Assembly (NCBI GenBank): GCA_963733035.1
Contig: CAVTBU010000006.1
Location: 288,001 to 352,000 of the forward strand
DNA: 64,000 bases
DNA from: Pirellulales bacterium
Lineage (GTDB): Bacteria; Planctomycetota; Planctomycetia; Pirellulales; PALSA-1355
Direction: 5' to 3'
Shown: positions 29,566-40,751 of the stretch, in pieces
Position numbering within the stretch: the stretch's first letter is position 1
Layout of the letters: each line of letters opens with the position of its first letter
Notes under the pieces: model-generated
Seen by the model: the letters and a program-made list of their open reading frames with translations, nothing else
What the model was told of the DNA's origin: nothing
Database searches by the model: none
Program-made: the position numbers and the translations under genes

Positions 29566-32042
29566 CTATTGACGCGGGTGGAATCCCTCAACCGACACTT
29601 CGCCCCCAACGATCGAGACACAAACCGCGCCGTCTTCGGCAGTGTGCAATACGCCGCCGCCAGGCTCGGCAAAGGCGGTGCGAATTGCCGGCAGACGATC
29701 CGAATGGCCCCCGCTGACAACCGTCCACTCGGGCTTGCTCCACGCCAAGAAGCCCGGGGGATCGCTTGACGCGCTGCCGTGATGGGGGGCCATCGTCACA
29801 TCGCAATCGTAGGGACGCTCCGCCAGTACGTCTTCGAGGCCGGGCGACTCCAAGTCGCCGGTGAGCAACACGCGCCGCCCCTGATATTCGATGGCTAGCA
29901 CGATGCTGTTGGCGTTATCGCTGCCGAGCACGCCGCGCCGCGGAGGGTGCAGCACTTCGATTTTCACCTCGTCGCCGGTTCGCAGCCGATCGCCACTCCA
30001 AACTTCTACCAGCGGCACGCCACTCTCGTCGATCGCCGCGCGCAACGCTTGCACTGCCCGGCTGCCGCGGTTCTCGAACATCACGGGCGATACATAAATC
30101 ACGCCGACGGAAATCTGTTCGAGCACCGCTGGAACGGCGTTGTAGTGGTCGGCGTCAGCATGCGAGATCACAATTGCATCGAGATGCGTGATGCCCCGCG
30201 ACCAGAGGAAGCTGGAGATGATTCGGCCCGCCGCGGCCGGCGAGCCAAGGCGGCCCGCGTCGTAGAGCAAAGTTTGTCCGCCAGGCAGTTCGATGACAAC
30301 GGCCGTGCCATGTCCCACCGAAAGAAACGTGCAGTCGAGTCGGTCGCTATCCCGTCCGTTAGCAAACGAGAAACTAAAACCGATCGCCGCCCAACCGGCC
30401 ACCCCTCCGAGCACCCAACGCCGCGAGGGACGCCAACTCGGCACCAGTGCGACGCAGCCTAGTGTCAGGTAGAAACCGGCCAGCCACCAATCGGCCGGTC
30501 CGACAACCCAAAAGTGACTCGCTGGCCACGCCCGAGCCGTTTCGACGCATGTTTGCATGAACGACAGATTGGCGTCGCAAAGCACACCCAACAGTGCGCC
30601 CAACGGCGGAACCAGCCAACCGAAGAGAAAGATCCCAAAGCCACAGGCCATCGCCAAGGTAACCGGGACGGCCAGCACCGGTCCCAACAAGACGGCGACG
30701 GGCGATACGAGGTGAAACCTCGCCATCACGAGCGGGCAAACGACGAGCCAAATCAACGTCGTGGCCAGCGTGGCTTGCCAGACGGACCTCGCCACACGCC
30801 GAGCTAACCGCTCGGGCCAGGGGCGCGTTCGCAGGACGAGTGCGTCTAGCGGATCCAGTTGCCGTCGTCCCCGTCGCGTGTCGGCCAGGTACACCAGCAC
30901 ACCCACCGCGAGAAACGAGAGTTGTGTTCCTGCCTGGAACAATTCCGCGGGGTTCAACGCCAGCACCACCAGACCGGCCGCTGCCAGGGTGTTGAACCCC
31001 AGCGGGCGCCGCGAAAGGACCATTGCCAGGCAAGCCACCAGCACCATGACGGTGGCCCTCACCACCGGCGGTTCGCCGTCCGTTGTGGCCGCATACAGCA
31101 CGCATGCGACAACGACGATGCCCAGAGCCCAACCTCGCGGCACGAGCCCCACGCGCATGACTAAAAACAAGCATCCGGCCAGGATGCCGACATTTAATCC
31201 CGAGACGACCAGCAAATGAATCGTTCCGGTTTCGACAAACGCCTGACGCAGATCTGGATCGAGCTCGTCGCGCGCCCCAAGAAACATCGCGGCGCCCAAG
31301 GTCGAGCGACTCGGCCCCAAGTTGCGCCACAGCAACGCATCGCCGTGCGTTCGCAGGCTGTCAATCACCGCCGCGGGAAACAGCCGCCAGCCCCCTGCGA
31401 GAGTCGTGACGCATTCTGGGAATTCGCAGTTGAGCGAGACCATCCGCCGCGCGCCGTGCGCCTGGGAGGCGAAATCAAACTCGCCTGGATTGGCCGGCGC
31501 GCGTATCTTCGCCCACTGGGCAAACGCCCTCAGGGTGTCTCCTGCATGGACGTCAACCACGTTACCGTTAACGAGCAGGCTGACCCGGCCCGAGGCCGGC
31601 TGCCATCGCGCTCCGTTGCGAATCGCGAGCACGTCGACTTCCAGGCGTGTTCGTTCGTTCGCGGCGATCGTGCGCAGCGGGTCGGGCGGGGGAGCCGGAA
31701 TGCGCCGCGGGCCACCGGCTGCTCGCACTTTGAGGGCCACCGGCCCAGGTGTGTCGGTGCAGAGAACGCGAGGTTGTCGTGCTCGAACATAGCCCAGCGA
31801 CAATGATGCCATGCACCGGCCGTGGCTGCGACACTAACGAGCAACATGATAGCGGCGGCCGGCAACAGACCACGGCGCCAAGATAGATACCATGCCACCC
31901 AGGCCGAGATGGCCGTGAACATCCACCAGCCCACCGGCCAGGCGAGCCAGCGATCGATCACGATACCAACGCAGGCTGCCAAGAGCACCACGACCAGAGG
32001 CTGGTACTCGCCACGTGCCACGTTGGTATCTGGCTGGGGCAT
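29566..32042 (-). CDS. comEC: ComEC/Rec2 DNA-uptake competence protein (frameshift at ~31755)
   Basis: N-terminal TM part in ORF 31530-32096; NPGEFD, HLLVVSGLNV, VVRA, QLSF and metallo-beta-lactamase SHADADH / HHGS in ORF 29566-31812. Confidence 0.85.
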
Positions 32043-32240
32043 ATGCGTTTCGAACGCCAACTTTACCACGCGTACAACAGCTTCCCAGTTTATCATTAGC
32101 CAGCCACAGCGTCATTCACCATCGCGCAGGGTTGCAGCCGCTTGGCGATTGCCAACTACCCCGATAAGCTGAACCGCGCCTGGGGCGAGCGCTCAGAGGC
32201 CGACAAGCTTCTTCTTCGGATGGACGAAAGGACGGTTCCT

Positions 32241-34559
32241 ATGACGTGCAAGCAATTCTTGGGTCTGGCCATGCTGCTGATCTTCGCGGGATTTTTAGGC
32301 TGCAATTCGAACGCAAAGAAGAGCAATCCGGAGGACGTTGCCCCCGCCGAGCAAAGCACCGAACCTACTGCCGCGGAGGAATTGCCGACGGATCAGGAAT
32401 CAGCGCAGGAAAAACCGGCCGATTCGGCCAACGAAGAGCCTGGCACCGGCCAGCCCGCCGCCAAGCCCGACCATTCGCAGGAGCAAACTGGTCCCGAACT
32501 GCCCCTGGGCGCGACCGCTCCCGCCAAGGAAGACAATCCGGCGGCGGAGCAAGTGGTCGACCCGGATCCGGCTGCCACGGCCGGCGTCAAGCTGATTCCT
32601 CGGCAGGTGCTATTTGGCAATCCCGACAAAGCGTCGGCGCGGCTCAGCCCGGATGGCACACGGTTGAGCTATTTGGCGCCGAGCGACGGCGTGCTCAACG
32701 TCTTTGTTGGTCCCGTCGATGATCCCTCGGCGGCCAAGCCAGTGACGGATGACAAGTCGCGCGGGATTCGAACCTACCTCTGGGCCTACGACAACAAGCA
32801 CATCCTGTACCTGCAGGATTCCAAGGGCGACGAAGATTGGCACGTGTATAGCGTCGATCTGGACAGTGGCGAAACCAAGGATCTGACGCCGCTCGACAAA
32901 GTGGCCGCGCATATCGAGGGGATCAGCGATCGGCAGCCCGGCGAGATCATCGTGGGCTTGAACGACCGCGATCCCCAGTTTCACGATCTGTACCGCGTGA
33001 ACATCGAGACGGGCAATCGCGAGCTGCTGGAAAAGAATACCCAGTTCGCCGGCTACGTCGTTGACGACGATTTCAAGGTTCGCTTCGCGTCAAAGATGAT
33101 GCCCGACGGCAGCATCCAGTATTTCGAGCCGGACGGCAGCGGGGGATGGAAAGAATACATCAACGTCGGTTCGGAAGACACGCTGACCACGTCTCTGGCC
33201 GGCTTCGACAAAACGGGCGACAAGCTCTATCTCACCGACAGCCGCGGTCGCAACACGAGCGCGCTGGTCGAGGTGGATTTGCCAAGCGGCGAGGAGAAAG
33301 TGCTCGCCTCGAACGACAAGGCCGACCTCAGCGGCGTGCTCGCACATCCGACCGAGCGAAACGTTCAGGCCGTGAGTTTCGACTACCTGCGCCCGGAGTG
33401 GGAGGTTCTCGACCCGGCGATCAAGGAAGATCTGGACTATCTCAAGACCGTGGCCGACGGCGAACTACAGGTCGCCAGTCGCACGCTGGACGACAAGAGC
33501 TGGATTGTGGCCTACGTGATGGACGACGGGCCAGTGCGCTACTATCTCTACGATCGACCGAACAAGAAGGCCGCGTTCCTATTTACCAATCGCACGGATC
33601 TAGAAGGGCAGCCGCTGGCCAAAATGCATCCGGTCGTTATCAAATCGCGCGACGGAATGGAACTGGTCAGTTACCTTACCCTTCCTATAGCTGCCGATCC
33701 TGACAACGACGGGAGGCCGAACAAGCCGCTACCCATGATACTGCTGGTACACGGTGGACCGTGGGGTCGCGACGCGTGGGGCTACGACACCGAGCACCAG
33801 TTGCTCGCCAATCGGGGCTATGCGGTCCTCAGTGTCAACTATCGCGGGTCGACCGGTTTGGGAAAGGAGTTTACCAACGCCGGCAACAAGCAATGGGCTG
33901 CCAAAATGCACGACGACCTGATCGACGCGGTCGACTGGGCCGTCGACCAGAAAATCGCTGATCCGGATCGGGTGGCCATCATGGGTGGCAGCTACGGTGG
34001 CTACGCCACGCTCGTCGGCCTGACGTTCACGCCGCAAAAGTTCACTTGTGGTGTCGACATCGTGGGACCGTCGAATCTGTTCACCTTGCTGAGCACGATT
34101 CCGCCTTACTGGGCACCGATGATCCAGATGTTCAAAGATCGCGTCGGCGATCCGACGAGCGAGGAAGGAAAGCAATTGCTCGGCGAGCGTTCGCCGTTGA
34201 ATTTCGTCGAGAAGATCGAGCGACCGCTGCTAATCGCCCAAGGGGCGAACGACCCGCGCGTGAAGCAGTCGGAAGCCGATCAGATCGTGGGCGCCATGAA
34301 AGAGAGGAAGATTCCGCTCACGTACGTGCTGTTTCCGGATGAAGGTCATGGTTTCGCGCGTCCGGAAAACAAACTGGCTTTCTATTCCGTGGCCGAGGCG
34401 TTCTTAGCCAAGCAACTCGGTGGCCGCTACGAGCCGATCGGCGAGGCATTTGAGGGTTCGACCATCACGATTCCCGACGGCGCCGATCAGATCCCCGGAG
34501 TTGCTGACGCATTGCAACAACACCAGGCGACCGCGCCGGCGACTAGCGATCAACCTTGA
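32241..34559 (+). CDS. S9-family peptidase (dipeptidyl aminopeptidase/acylaminoacyl peptidase), lipoprotein
   Basis: Lipobox FLGC, acidic/Pro linker, VHGGPW, GGSYGGY nucleophile, NDPRV, DEGHGF. Confidence 0.92.
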   Translation: MTCKQFLGLAMLLIFAGFLGCNSNAKKSNPEDVAPAEQSTEPTAAEELPTDQESAQEKPADSANEEPGTGQPAAKPDHSQEQTGPELPLGATAPAKEDNPAAEQVVDPDPAATAGVKLIPRQVLFGNPDKASARLSPDGTRLSYLAPSDGVLNVFVGPVDDPSAAKPVTDDKSRGIRTYLWAYDNKHILYLQDSKGDEDWHVYSVDLDSGETKDLTPLDKVAAHIEGISDRQPGEIIVGLNDRDPQFHDLYRVNIETGNRELLEKNTQFAGYVVDDDFKVRFASKMMPDGSIQYFEPDGSGGWKEYINVGSEDTLTTSLAGFDKTGDKLYLTDSRGRNTSALVEVDLPSGEEKVLASNDKADLSGVLAHPTERNVQAVSFDYLRPEWEVLDPAIKEDLDYLKTVADGELQVASRTLDDKSWIVAYVMDDGPVRYYLYDRPNKKAAFLFTNRTDLEGQPLAKMHPVVIKSRDGMELVSYLTLPIAADPDNDGRPNKPLPMILLVHGGPWGRDAWGYDTEHQLLANRGYAVLSVNYRGSTGLGKEFTNAGNKQWAAKMHDDLIDAVDWAVDQKIADPDRVAIMGGSYGGYATLVGLTFTPQKFTCGVDIVGPSNLFTLLSTIPPYWAPMIQMFKDRVGDPTSEEGKQLLGERSPLNFVEKIERPLLIAQGANDPRVKQSEADQIVGAMKERKIPLTYVLFPDEGHGFARPENKLAFYSVAEAFLAKQLGGRYEPIGEAFEGSTITIPDGADQIPGVADALQQHQATAPATSDQP

Positions 34560-34690
34560 CGCGCGTCGCCTTGGGCGAACGACGAACGTGCGTCGCTTCG
34601 GAACTGCTAGCCTGTTGGCACAGGCATCTGCCAGTACAGGCGAGTGACGTATCGTCTGGCAAACTCTACCGGTTACGGAGATTTTTCAAG

Positions 34691-35020
34691 ATGTTCCGTT
34701 ACTTCGTCGATAAGAGGGATTGCACGCATCACCGGATTTTCCCGGGAGTGGATATCTATACGACTGTCTGCCAGCACGTAATGCTATCGCTGGTGGAAAT
34801 GCAGCCTGGGGCCGTGGTCGAGGAGCACAGCCATCCCCATGAACAGATGGGCCTGATGCTCGAAGGCGTAGCCGATTTTACGATTGGCGACCAAAAACAG
34901 CGCGTCGCCGTCGGACAGATGTGGCGCATTCCCGGCGGTGTCGTGCACTAGGTTGTGGCGCTCGATCGGCCGGTCCGCGCGTTGGACGTTTTTAGCCCAC
35001 CGCGTGAAGACTATCAGTGA
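34691..35020 (+). CDS. Cupin-domain protein interrupted by an in-frame TAG at 34949-34951
   Basis: HSHPHEQMG cupin motif 1 and IPGGVVH motif 2; after the TAG the frame continues VVALDRPVRALDVFSPPREDYQ to TGA 35018-35020. Confidence 0.75.
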
Positions 35021-35886
35021 AGGTAGAGTTCGGAAAGCAGAAGATGAGGAATCCAGACGTCATTCTGCTGCTGGGCCAGATCGCGCGTTTCTTTCGCGTT
35101 CCTCAGGCCGCACTGCTCTTGCTGCTGGCGTCCTCGTGTGCATCGATGCCGGAGTTGCCTTGGGCGCCAGTGGCGAAGGATGCTTCGGCGGGCTTCTACG
35201 ATACGGCACGGTTGGAATACCGGCTCGACGCCGGCAAGCTTGGCCAGCCGCTCGACGTATTGCGAGTCGATGGTCGGCAGGTCAACTACGAGCAGATTGC
35301 CAGCAGTCCACTTCCTGATCGCTCGGTGGGAACGCTCGTCATTCAGCAGCCGCATCCGGCCGGACGCGAGGGATTTGCTCGCGTGACGTTCTCGATCGAC
35401 AGTGCGGAGCCGTCAACCGAAACGAGCGTTTGGAACCGATTTGTGTTGACGGATTCGTCATCCGTCAAGATTGGTGGTCAAGAGGAAGTGCATGAGATTT
35501 GGGCCATGGACCTGCCCCAAGCCGAGGCAGGCCAGTACTTCAAACTGCTGTCGATGCGGAGTTTCTACTCGGCCCCCGAGCCTGACATTGCGACAGCGCA
35601 TTTGGCCGTGACACTGGATGGCAAAGAGGTGGCAAAGAATTGGGAGTCGTTGCCTGAATTGAATGCCCTGGCTCAGCGTGTTCGTCGCGAAGGGCGCCTG
35701 GTGGCCTATCTGCGTCCCCAGGCACTGGCGGGCGAAACATCGAATGCGATCGCGAGCGTGCAGGCCTACCGTGAAATGCTGGCCAGAACGAGTTCGCCGA
35801 CCGGATCGCCGCCGCCTGCGGCATCAGGTATCCTGGCCCCCGAACCAAGCGTGGCCAGCAACCACTTGCCCTATGCCGCCCGCTAG
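35017..35886 (+). CDS. Hypothetical lipoprotein
   Basis: Hydrophobic ALLLLLASSC lipobox-like segment; GTGA overlap with the extended cupin stop (ATG 35044 is an alternative start). Confidence 0.6.
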   Translation: MKVEFGKQKMRNPDVILLLGQIARFFRVPQAALLLLLASSCASMPELPWAPVAKDASAGFYDTARLEYRLDAGKLGQPLDVLRVDGRQVNYEQIASSPLPDRSVGTLVIQQPHPAGREGFARVTFSIDSAEPSTETSVWNRFVLTDSSSVKIGGQEEVHEIWAMDLPQAEAGQYFKLLSMRSFYSAPEPDIATAHLAVTLDGKEVAKNWESLPELNALAQRVRREGRLVAYLRPQALAGETSNAIASVQAYREMLARTSSPTGSPPPAASGILAPEPSVASNHLPYAAR

Positions 35887-35928
35887 GGGCGTGGCTGGCT
35901 TTTTTCCTCCGCGCAGCGGCATGCTCCC

Positions 35929-35957
35929 TTGCAAACCGCCGCGCATCTGATCACAAT
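35929..35957 (+). promoter_or_regulatory. Putative sigma70 promoter of the DAHP synthase leader
   Basis: TTGCAA (35929-35934), 17-nt spacer, CACAAT (35952-35957); predicted +1 falls on or near the leader ATG at 35964. Confidence 0.5.
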
Positions 35958-35963
35958 AGCGGC

Positions 35964-36038
35964 ATGAACGACTTCCTCCGCGTGTATTTTTGGTACTTTT
36001 TTATCCCGCTGAGTCGCGGGGCCGGAGGAGGAACGTAA
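35964..36038 (+). CDS. Aromatic-amino-acid leader peptide (attenuator uORF) MNDFLRVYFWYFFIPLSRGAGGGT
   Basis: 24-codon ORF with the run TAT TTT TGG TAC TTT TTT (YFWYFF), followed by a terminator and DAHP synthase; 36010-36022 is complementary (12/13) to the terminator 5' arm. Confidence 0.85.
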   Translation: MNDFLRVYFWYFFIPLSRGAGGGT

Positions 36039-36068
36039 AATTCCATCCTGAGGAAGCGACCAAAACAG

Positions 36069-36109
36069 AGCCCCGAGACTCAACCAAAGTCTCGGGGCTT
36101 TTTTTGTTT
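36069..36109 (+). terminator. Intrinsic (attenuator) terminator upstream of DAHP synthase
   Basis: Perfect 12-bp stem AGCCCCGAGACT / AGTCTCGGGGCT, 7-nt loop, then a TTTTTTGTTT tract. Confidence 0.9.
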
Positions 36110-36191
36110 CTACAGGCATCGTCATTCGGAGGAGCACCTACTCCTCAATGCATAACCATCAGGCCATCCAATTTTTGTACTGGAGACTCCC

Positions 36192-37205
36192 GTGATCGTT
36201 GTCATGAAGAAAGAGGCCTCGACCGCCGACGTCGAGCACATGGTCCAGCGGATTGAAACGCTGGGCCTGAAAGCCCATGTCATTGTCGGCACCGAGCGCA
36301 CCGTGATCGCCGCCGTGGGCGACGACCGCCAAGCGCATAAAGAATCTTTGGAGAGCGGCCCGGGAGTCGCCGAAGTCATGCCCATTCTTGCCCCCTACAA
36401 AGTTGCCAGCCTGGAAGTCAAACACGAACCGACAACAATCCGGGCAGGCAGTCTGACGCTCGGCAATGGTACCGTCGGCGTCATTGCCGGGCCCTGTTCG
36501 GTTGAGTCCGAAGAGCAGATTCTCGCCTGTGCGCACGCCGTCAAGAAAGCCGGTGCCACGGCCCTGCGCGGCGGCGCCTTCAAGCCGCGCACCAGTCCTT
36601 ACAGCTTTCAGGGCCTGAAGGAAGACGGCCTGAAAATGCTGGCCGCGGCGCGCGATGCGACCGGCCTGGCCGTCGTGACCGAAGTTGTTGCGACCGAGGA
36701 TGTGCCCCTGGTGGCCGAGTACGCCGACGTGCTGCAGATTGGCGCTCGCAATATGCAGAACTACCGGCTGCTCGAAGCCGTGGGCGCGACCGATTGCCCC
36801 GTGCTGCTCAAGCGCGGGCCGAGCGCCACGATCGACGAATTGCTGCTGGCTGCCGAGTACGTACTGAACGGCGGCAATCCGAACGTCATGCTCTGCGAGC
36901 GGGGCATTCGGACCTTTGAAACGCATACACGTTTCACGCTACCGCTGGCGACCGTGGTCTATCTGCATAAGAAGACGCATTTGCCGGTGGTCGTTGATCC
37001 GAGCCACGGAACGGGTCACACCTATCTGGTTCCGCAGATGGCGGCCGCCAGCGTCGCCGCCGGGGCGGACGGCCTGATTATGGAAGTGCATCCCGATCCC
37101 GAACGGGCGCTTTCCGACGGCTATCAGTCGATGAACTTCAAACAGTTTGAAGAGACCATGGAGATGTGCCGCAAAGTCGCCGCCGCGCTCGGTCGCAAGA
37201 TGTGA
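36192..37205 (+). CDS. aroF: 3-deoxy-7-phosphoheptulonate (DAHP) synthase, type I-beta with N-terminal regulatory domain
   Basis: MIVVMK N-terminal ferredoxin/ACT-like domain, [52 protein letters not shown]. Confidence 0.95.
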   Translation: MIVVMKKEASTADVEHMVQRIETLGLKAHVIVGTERTVIAAVGDDRQAHKESLESGPGVAEVMPILAPYKVASLEVKHEPTTIRAGSLTLGNGTVGVIAGPCSVESEEQILACAHAVKKAGATALRGGAFKPRTSPYSFQGLKEDGLKMLAAARDATGLAVVTEVVATEDVPLVAEYADVLQIGARNMQNYRLLEAVGATDCPVLLKRGPSATIDELLLAAEYVLNGGNPNVMLCERGIRTFETHTRFTLPLATVVYLHKKTHLPVVVDPSHGTGHTYLVPQMAAASVAAGADGLIMEVHPDPERALSDGYQSMNFKQFEETMEMCRKVAAALGRKM

Positions 37206-37242
37206 TCAGATTGCCGCAGCCGATCGAACGTTTGACTTCGGG

Positions 37243-39005
37243 TCAATGAGCGGCGGGTGCCGTTTGTTCGGGGGCGATGGGGATTTCAATGAGTTCCTCG
37301 TGCACGCGTTCGCGCTCACGGTCGACTTGCTCGGCCGTGGCTCCGAGTTCGCGGAGCATGGCCGTTGCGAGTGCGAGCGCGACTTCGCCTTCGCCGGAGA
37401 AGACGAGGTCCGCGCCGGCCGATTTTACGGATCGCAACTGCGTGACGTAGCTGACGCGCGCCAGCACTCGAATCTTGGGATTGAATAGGCGCGCCAGGCG
37501 GATTACCTCCGCGCTGCCGTTGAGGTTCGAAGCGCTGAGGATCAGCGTGCCGGCCAAGTCCGCGTGCGCGCCCTTCAGCGTATCGGGCTGCGTCGCGTCG
37601 CCATAGACGGCGGCAACTCCCGCGCGGCGGGCCGACTGCACGGCTTCAAAGTTCAAGTCGATTACGGTTGGTTCGACTTCGTTCTCGCGGAGCAATCGCA
37701 CGAGCGTGCGCCCAATTGGGCCGTAACCAATGATCACGGCCCGATAAGGCGAGGGCTTCACATCCTCGGGTGGGTGGTCGTCAGTCTTGTGCGTCTTCCT
37801 GCGGCGTTTGAGCCAGTGTCGCAACCGGGCGTTGCGTAGTAGCCAACCGCCCAACGGATCGGACGAGCGATAGAGGATCGGGTTGATTGAAATCGAAACA
37901 ATTGCCGCGGCGACCAGGGCCTGTGTTCCCTCGACGGGCAACAGATCCAGTTCGCGCCCAGGGTTGCCAGAATGAACGAGAATTCGCCGATTTGCGCGAG
38001 CGCCATCGCGACTGCCAACGCGGTCTTGAGTGGATATCCAAGTGCCGCGACAATTGCCCAGGCCGCCACCGGCTTGCCGATCAGGATAATTGCCAGGGTT
38101 GCGGCGATCAGCCCCGGCATCGCCAGCAGGCTATGCGGGTTGAGCAGCATGCCCACCGAGACGAAGAACAGCACCGCGAATGCGTCGCGCATCGGCAGTG
38201 CATCCGACGCGGCCCGCAGGCTGAAGTCGCTACGGGCCACAATCATGCCGGCCAGGAATGCGCCCAGCGCCATCGATACGCCGAACACCACGGCCGAACC
38301 GACCGCAATTCCAAGCGCCACCACTAGCACCGTAAGCGTGAACAACTCGCGTGAACGTGTCAGCGCGGCGCGATGCAGAATCCACGGCACAACGCGGCCG
38401 CCGATCACAAAGACGGCGGCCACCAGCACGACGACCTTGCTTACCGCGAGGAGAAGTGTTAGCCAGAGCGGGCCTGCATCCGCGCCACCACCGAAGATGG
38501 CCGGCAGTAGCACGAGCACCAGCACCGTTAGGAGATCCTCCACGACCAACCAACCGACGGCAATGTGGCCGGTCGGCGTGTGCAGATCGCGATGGTCGCT
38601 CAACACGCGCAGCAACACCACCGTGCTGGCCACCGAAATCGCTAGCCCAAAGATCAACCCGGCCGACCAGTCCCAACCGAAGGCCCGAGTTGCCAACATG
38701 CCCAACGCGGTGGCGACCAGGCATTGCACCACGGCGCCCGGTACTGCCACTTTCCGCACGGCCAATAGTTCGTTGAGGTGAAACTCGAGGCCCACGCCAA
38801 ACATCAGCAGAATCACGCCAACTTCGGCAAGTTGCTCGGCGATCGATTGATCGGCAATGAAGCCGGGCGTGTCGGGTCCCACGACGATGCCAGCCAAGAG
38901 ATAGCCAACAATGGGCGATAGACCCAGTCGGTGCGTGATGTAGCCCAGTACAAGCGCAATCGCCAGGCCCGTAGTCAATGTCAGAATCAAATCCAAGCCG
39001 TGCAT
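37243..39005 (-). CDS. CPA2 cation:proton antiporter with C-terminal TrkA-N/RCK domain, YbaL/RosB-like (frameshift at ~37958)
   Basis: LAEVGVILLMFGVG, ISVASTVV, LAQIGEFSFIL; reading resumes ...ELDLLPVEG in the other frame, with IIGYGPIG and YGDAT. Confidence 0.85.
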
Positions 39006-39257
39006 CGGGTTTGCCTGTTGATCTCGGGGTGGCGCCGTCGAATGGAAGGAAGAACGGCCGACTATTCGCCGGTCCGTCGTCCGTCCGCGGCAATCACCAT
39101 ACAGAAAACGGAAAGGGGCACCAATCCCAGGCAAGTCAGGTCAATCCGCCTGGCACGTGCGTGCCCTGAAAGCCGCACCAGCCCGCGCGGATAAGTCGTG
39201 CCGAAGCGCAAGTCAAAGCTTGCGGAAAGTTCGGAACGCTGAACGGCGAGCGTAAGC

Positions 39258-40613
39258 TTACCTCGTCGCGGCGGCAATCACGATTCGCCCGTCCTCAATC
39301 GTGTACGTCAGTCCCAACTTGTCGCTGACGGCGCGCAGGGTCGCCAGCGCGGTCGTGTTCGAGAGACGTACACTGACGGGCGTCTTGCGGCTCTTGTCCG
39401 CCAACTTCAAAGATGTGTCATCGAACATGACTCGAACCCCGGCCACATCACCGATAAAGGCCGCAAATTGCGCAAGTGGCACGCCGGCGAATTTGACTTC
39501 CGGCAGCGAGACGCCAAGACGCTGTTCGATCTGTGCGGCTGCGACCGGCGGAGGTTCACCCGGCGAACCGTGGTCGACCATGTCATCCGTCGGTTCCGAT
39601 TCATCCGCGTCCGCCGGAGGCTCGTCGGCCGTACCGTCGGTCAAAGTTGCCGCCGATTCCGTCAACTGAGGTTCGCTCGTTGTCGCTTCGCCGATGCCTA
39701 ACGGTCGGTTGGCCGCGATCGGTTCCAGCCGCAGTGCTGGAGTCGGTTTGTCTGCCGGCGGTGCGTCGGCTAGCGGAACGGTCGTCTCGTCGGGTTCCGG
39801 ATCTTTCTGTCTGGCGGATGGCGGCGGAGCGGATTTATCGTTTGCCCCGATCTCATCCGGCAGCGCCTCAGGTGGAGACACGCTCGTAGCAGTATCTTCC
39901 TCGCCTTTAGATGCGATCGTTACGGGCTCTTTGGCCGGCGGAGCTATGTTTTTGTCTGTGTTGTTGTTGGCAGCTGTTGGCGAGGCATGCTGTTTGGCAG
40001 CAGGGGGTGCCTCGGCAACTGTTTCCGGGGCGGGTGTTTGCAACCACACGGCGAGCCAGGCAGCAGCACCCAAGGTAACGCCTGCCGAGAGTCCGCCGGC
40101 CAATACCAGCCAATCCTTCCGCACACGAGCCGCAATCGTTGACCAGCGCGAAGGTTCACCCGCGACCGCAAATGTATCGACGAAGTCGCCCGCCGAAGAC
40201 TCCTCTCCGGCGACGATTTCCGTGGGATCCGCTCCCGTCGCGATTTCGGCCGTCTGCTGCGGCGTGACGGATTGCGGCGAGGCCGGCTCGGAATCGGCCG
40301 GTTTCGACACGGTTGATTCGGCCGCCGGCTTGCGCACGGGCAATGCCGGTGGAACAACAGCCGCGGGATTCTTCTTGCTCGGCAAACTCGTTGACGACGG
40401 AACGGCTGGAATACTCGCCGTCGAAAGTTCGCCGAGGTCGGATTGCCCGCCGGACGAATCTTCAAGGCTACCGGAACGCTTCCAGCCGGGCGGCGGCACG
40501 ACTTGGACCATGCTGTTGCACTTCGGACAGCCTAGAATATCACCGATTGCCGACTCGTCTTTGACGACCAGCCGGGCCTTGCATGTCGTGCATTGGATAG
40601 TGAAGAGAGACAC
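39258..40613 (-). CDS. Hypothetical bitopic membrane protein: Zn-ribbon, low-complexity linker, TM, linker, STN-like domain
   Basis: CTTC...CPKC at the N-terminus; a single TM; C-terminus F..VPL..F...I.DVAGV.V..D...L......PVSV.L.......L......GLTY.IEDG.IVI. Confidence 0.7.
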   Translation of the reverse strand: MSLFTIQCTTCKARLVVKDESAIGDILGCPKCNSMVQVVPPPGWKRSGSLEDSSGGQSDLGELSTASIPAVPSSTSLPSKKNPAAVVPPALPVRKPAAESTVSKPADSEPASPQSVTPQQTAEIATGADPTEIVAGEESSAGDFVDTFAVAGEPSRWSTIAARVRKDWLVLAGGLSAGVTLGAAAWLAVWLQTPAPETVAEAPPAAKQHASPTAANNNTDKNIAPPAKEPVTIASKGEEDTATSVSPPEALPDEIGANDKSAPPPSARQKDPEPDETTVPLADAPPADKPTPALRLEPIAANRPLGIGEATTSEPQLTESAATLTDGTADEPPADADESEPTDDMVDHGSPGEPPPVAAAQIEQRLGVSLPEVKFAGVPLAQFAAFIGDVAGVRVMFDDTSLKLADKSRKTPVSVRLSNTTALATLRAVSDKLGLTYTIEDGRIVIAAATR

Positions 40614-40751
40614 GGCCAGCCCAATTGAGAATTGTGCGGGGTTGCGCCGCTGGAAAAAACTACCGTTGCGTAAGTTCCAGTATAGTGTCTACCCGTGGGA
40701 GTCCAGCCGGCACGTACGAATTATGCCGCTTTTTCGCGATTGCGGACGGCG

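Noticed and set aside
34615..34632. TTGGCACAGGCATCTGC sigma54-like site before the cupin gene
   Set aside because: GG-to-GC spacing is 11 nt rather than the strict 10.
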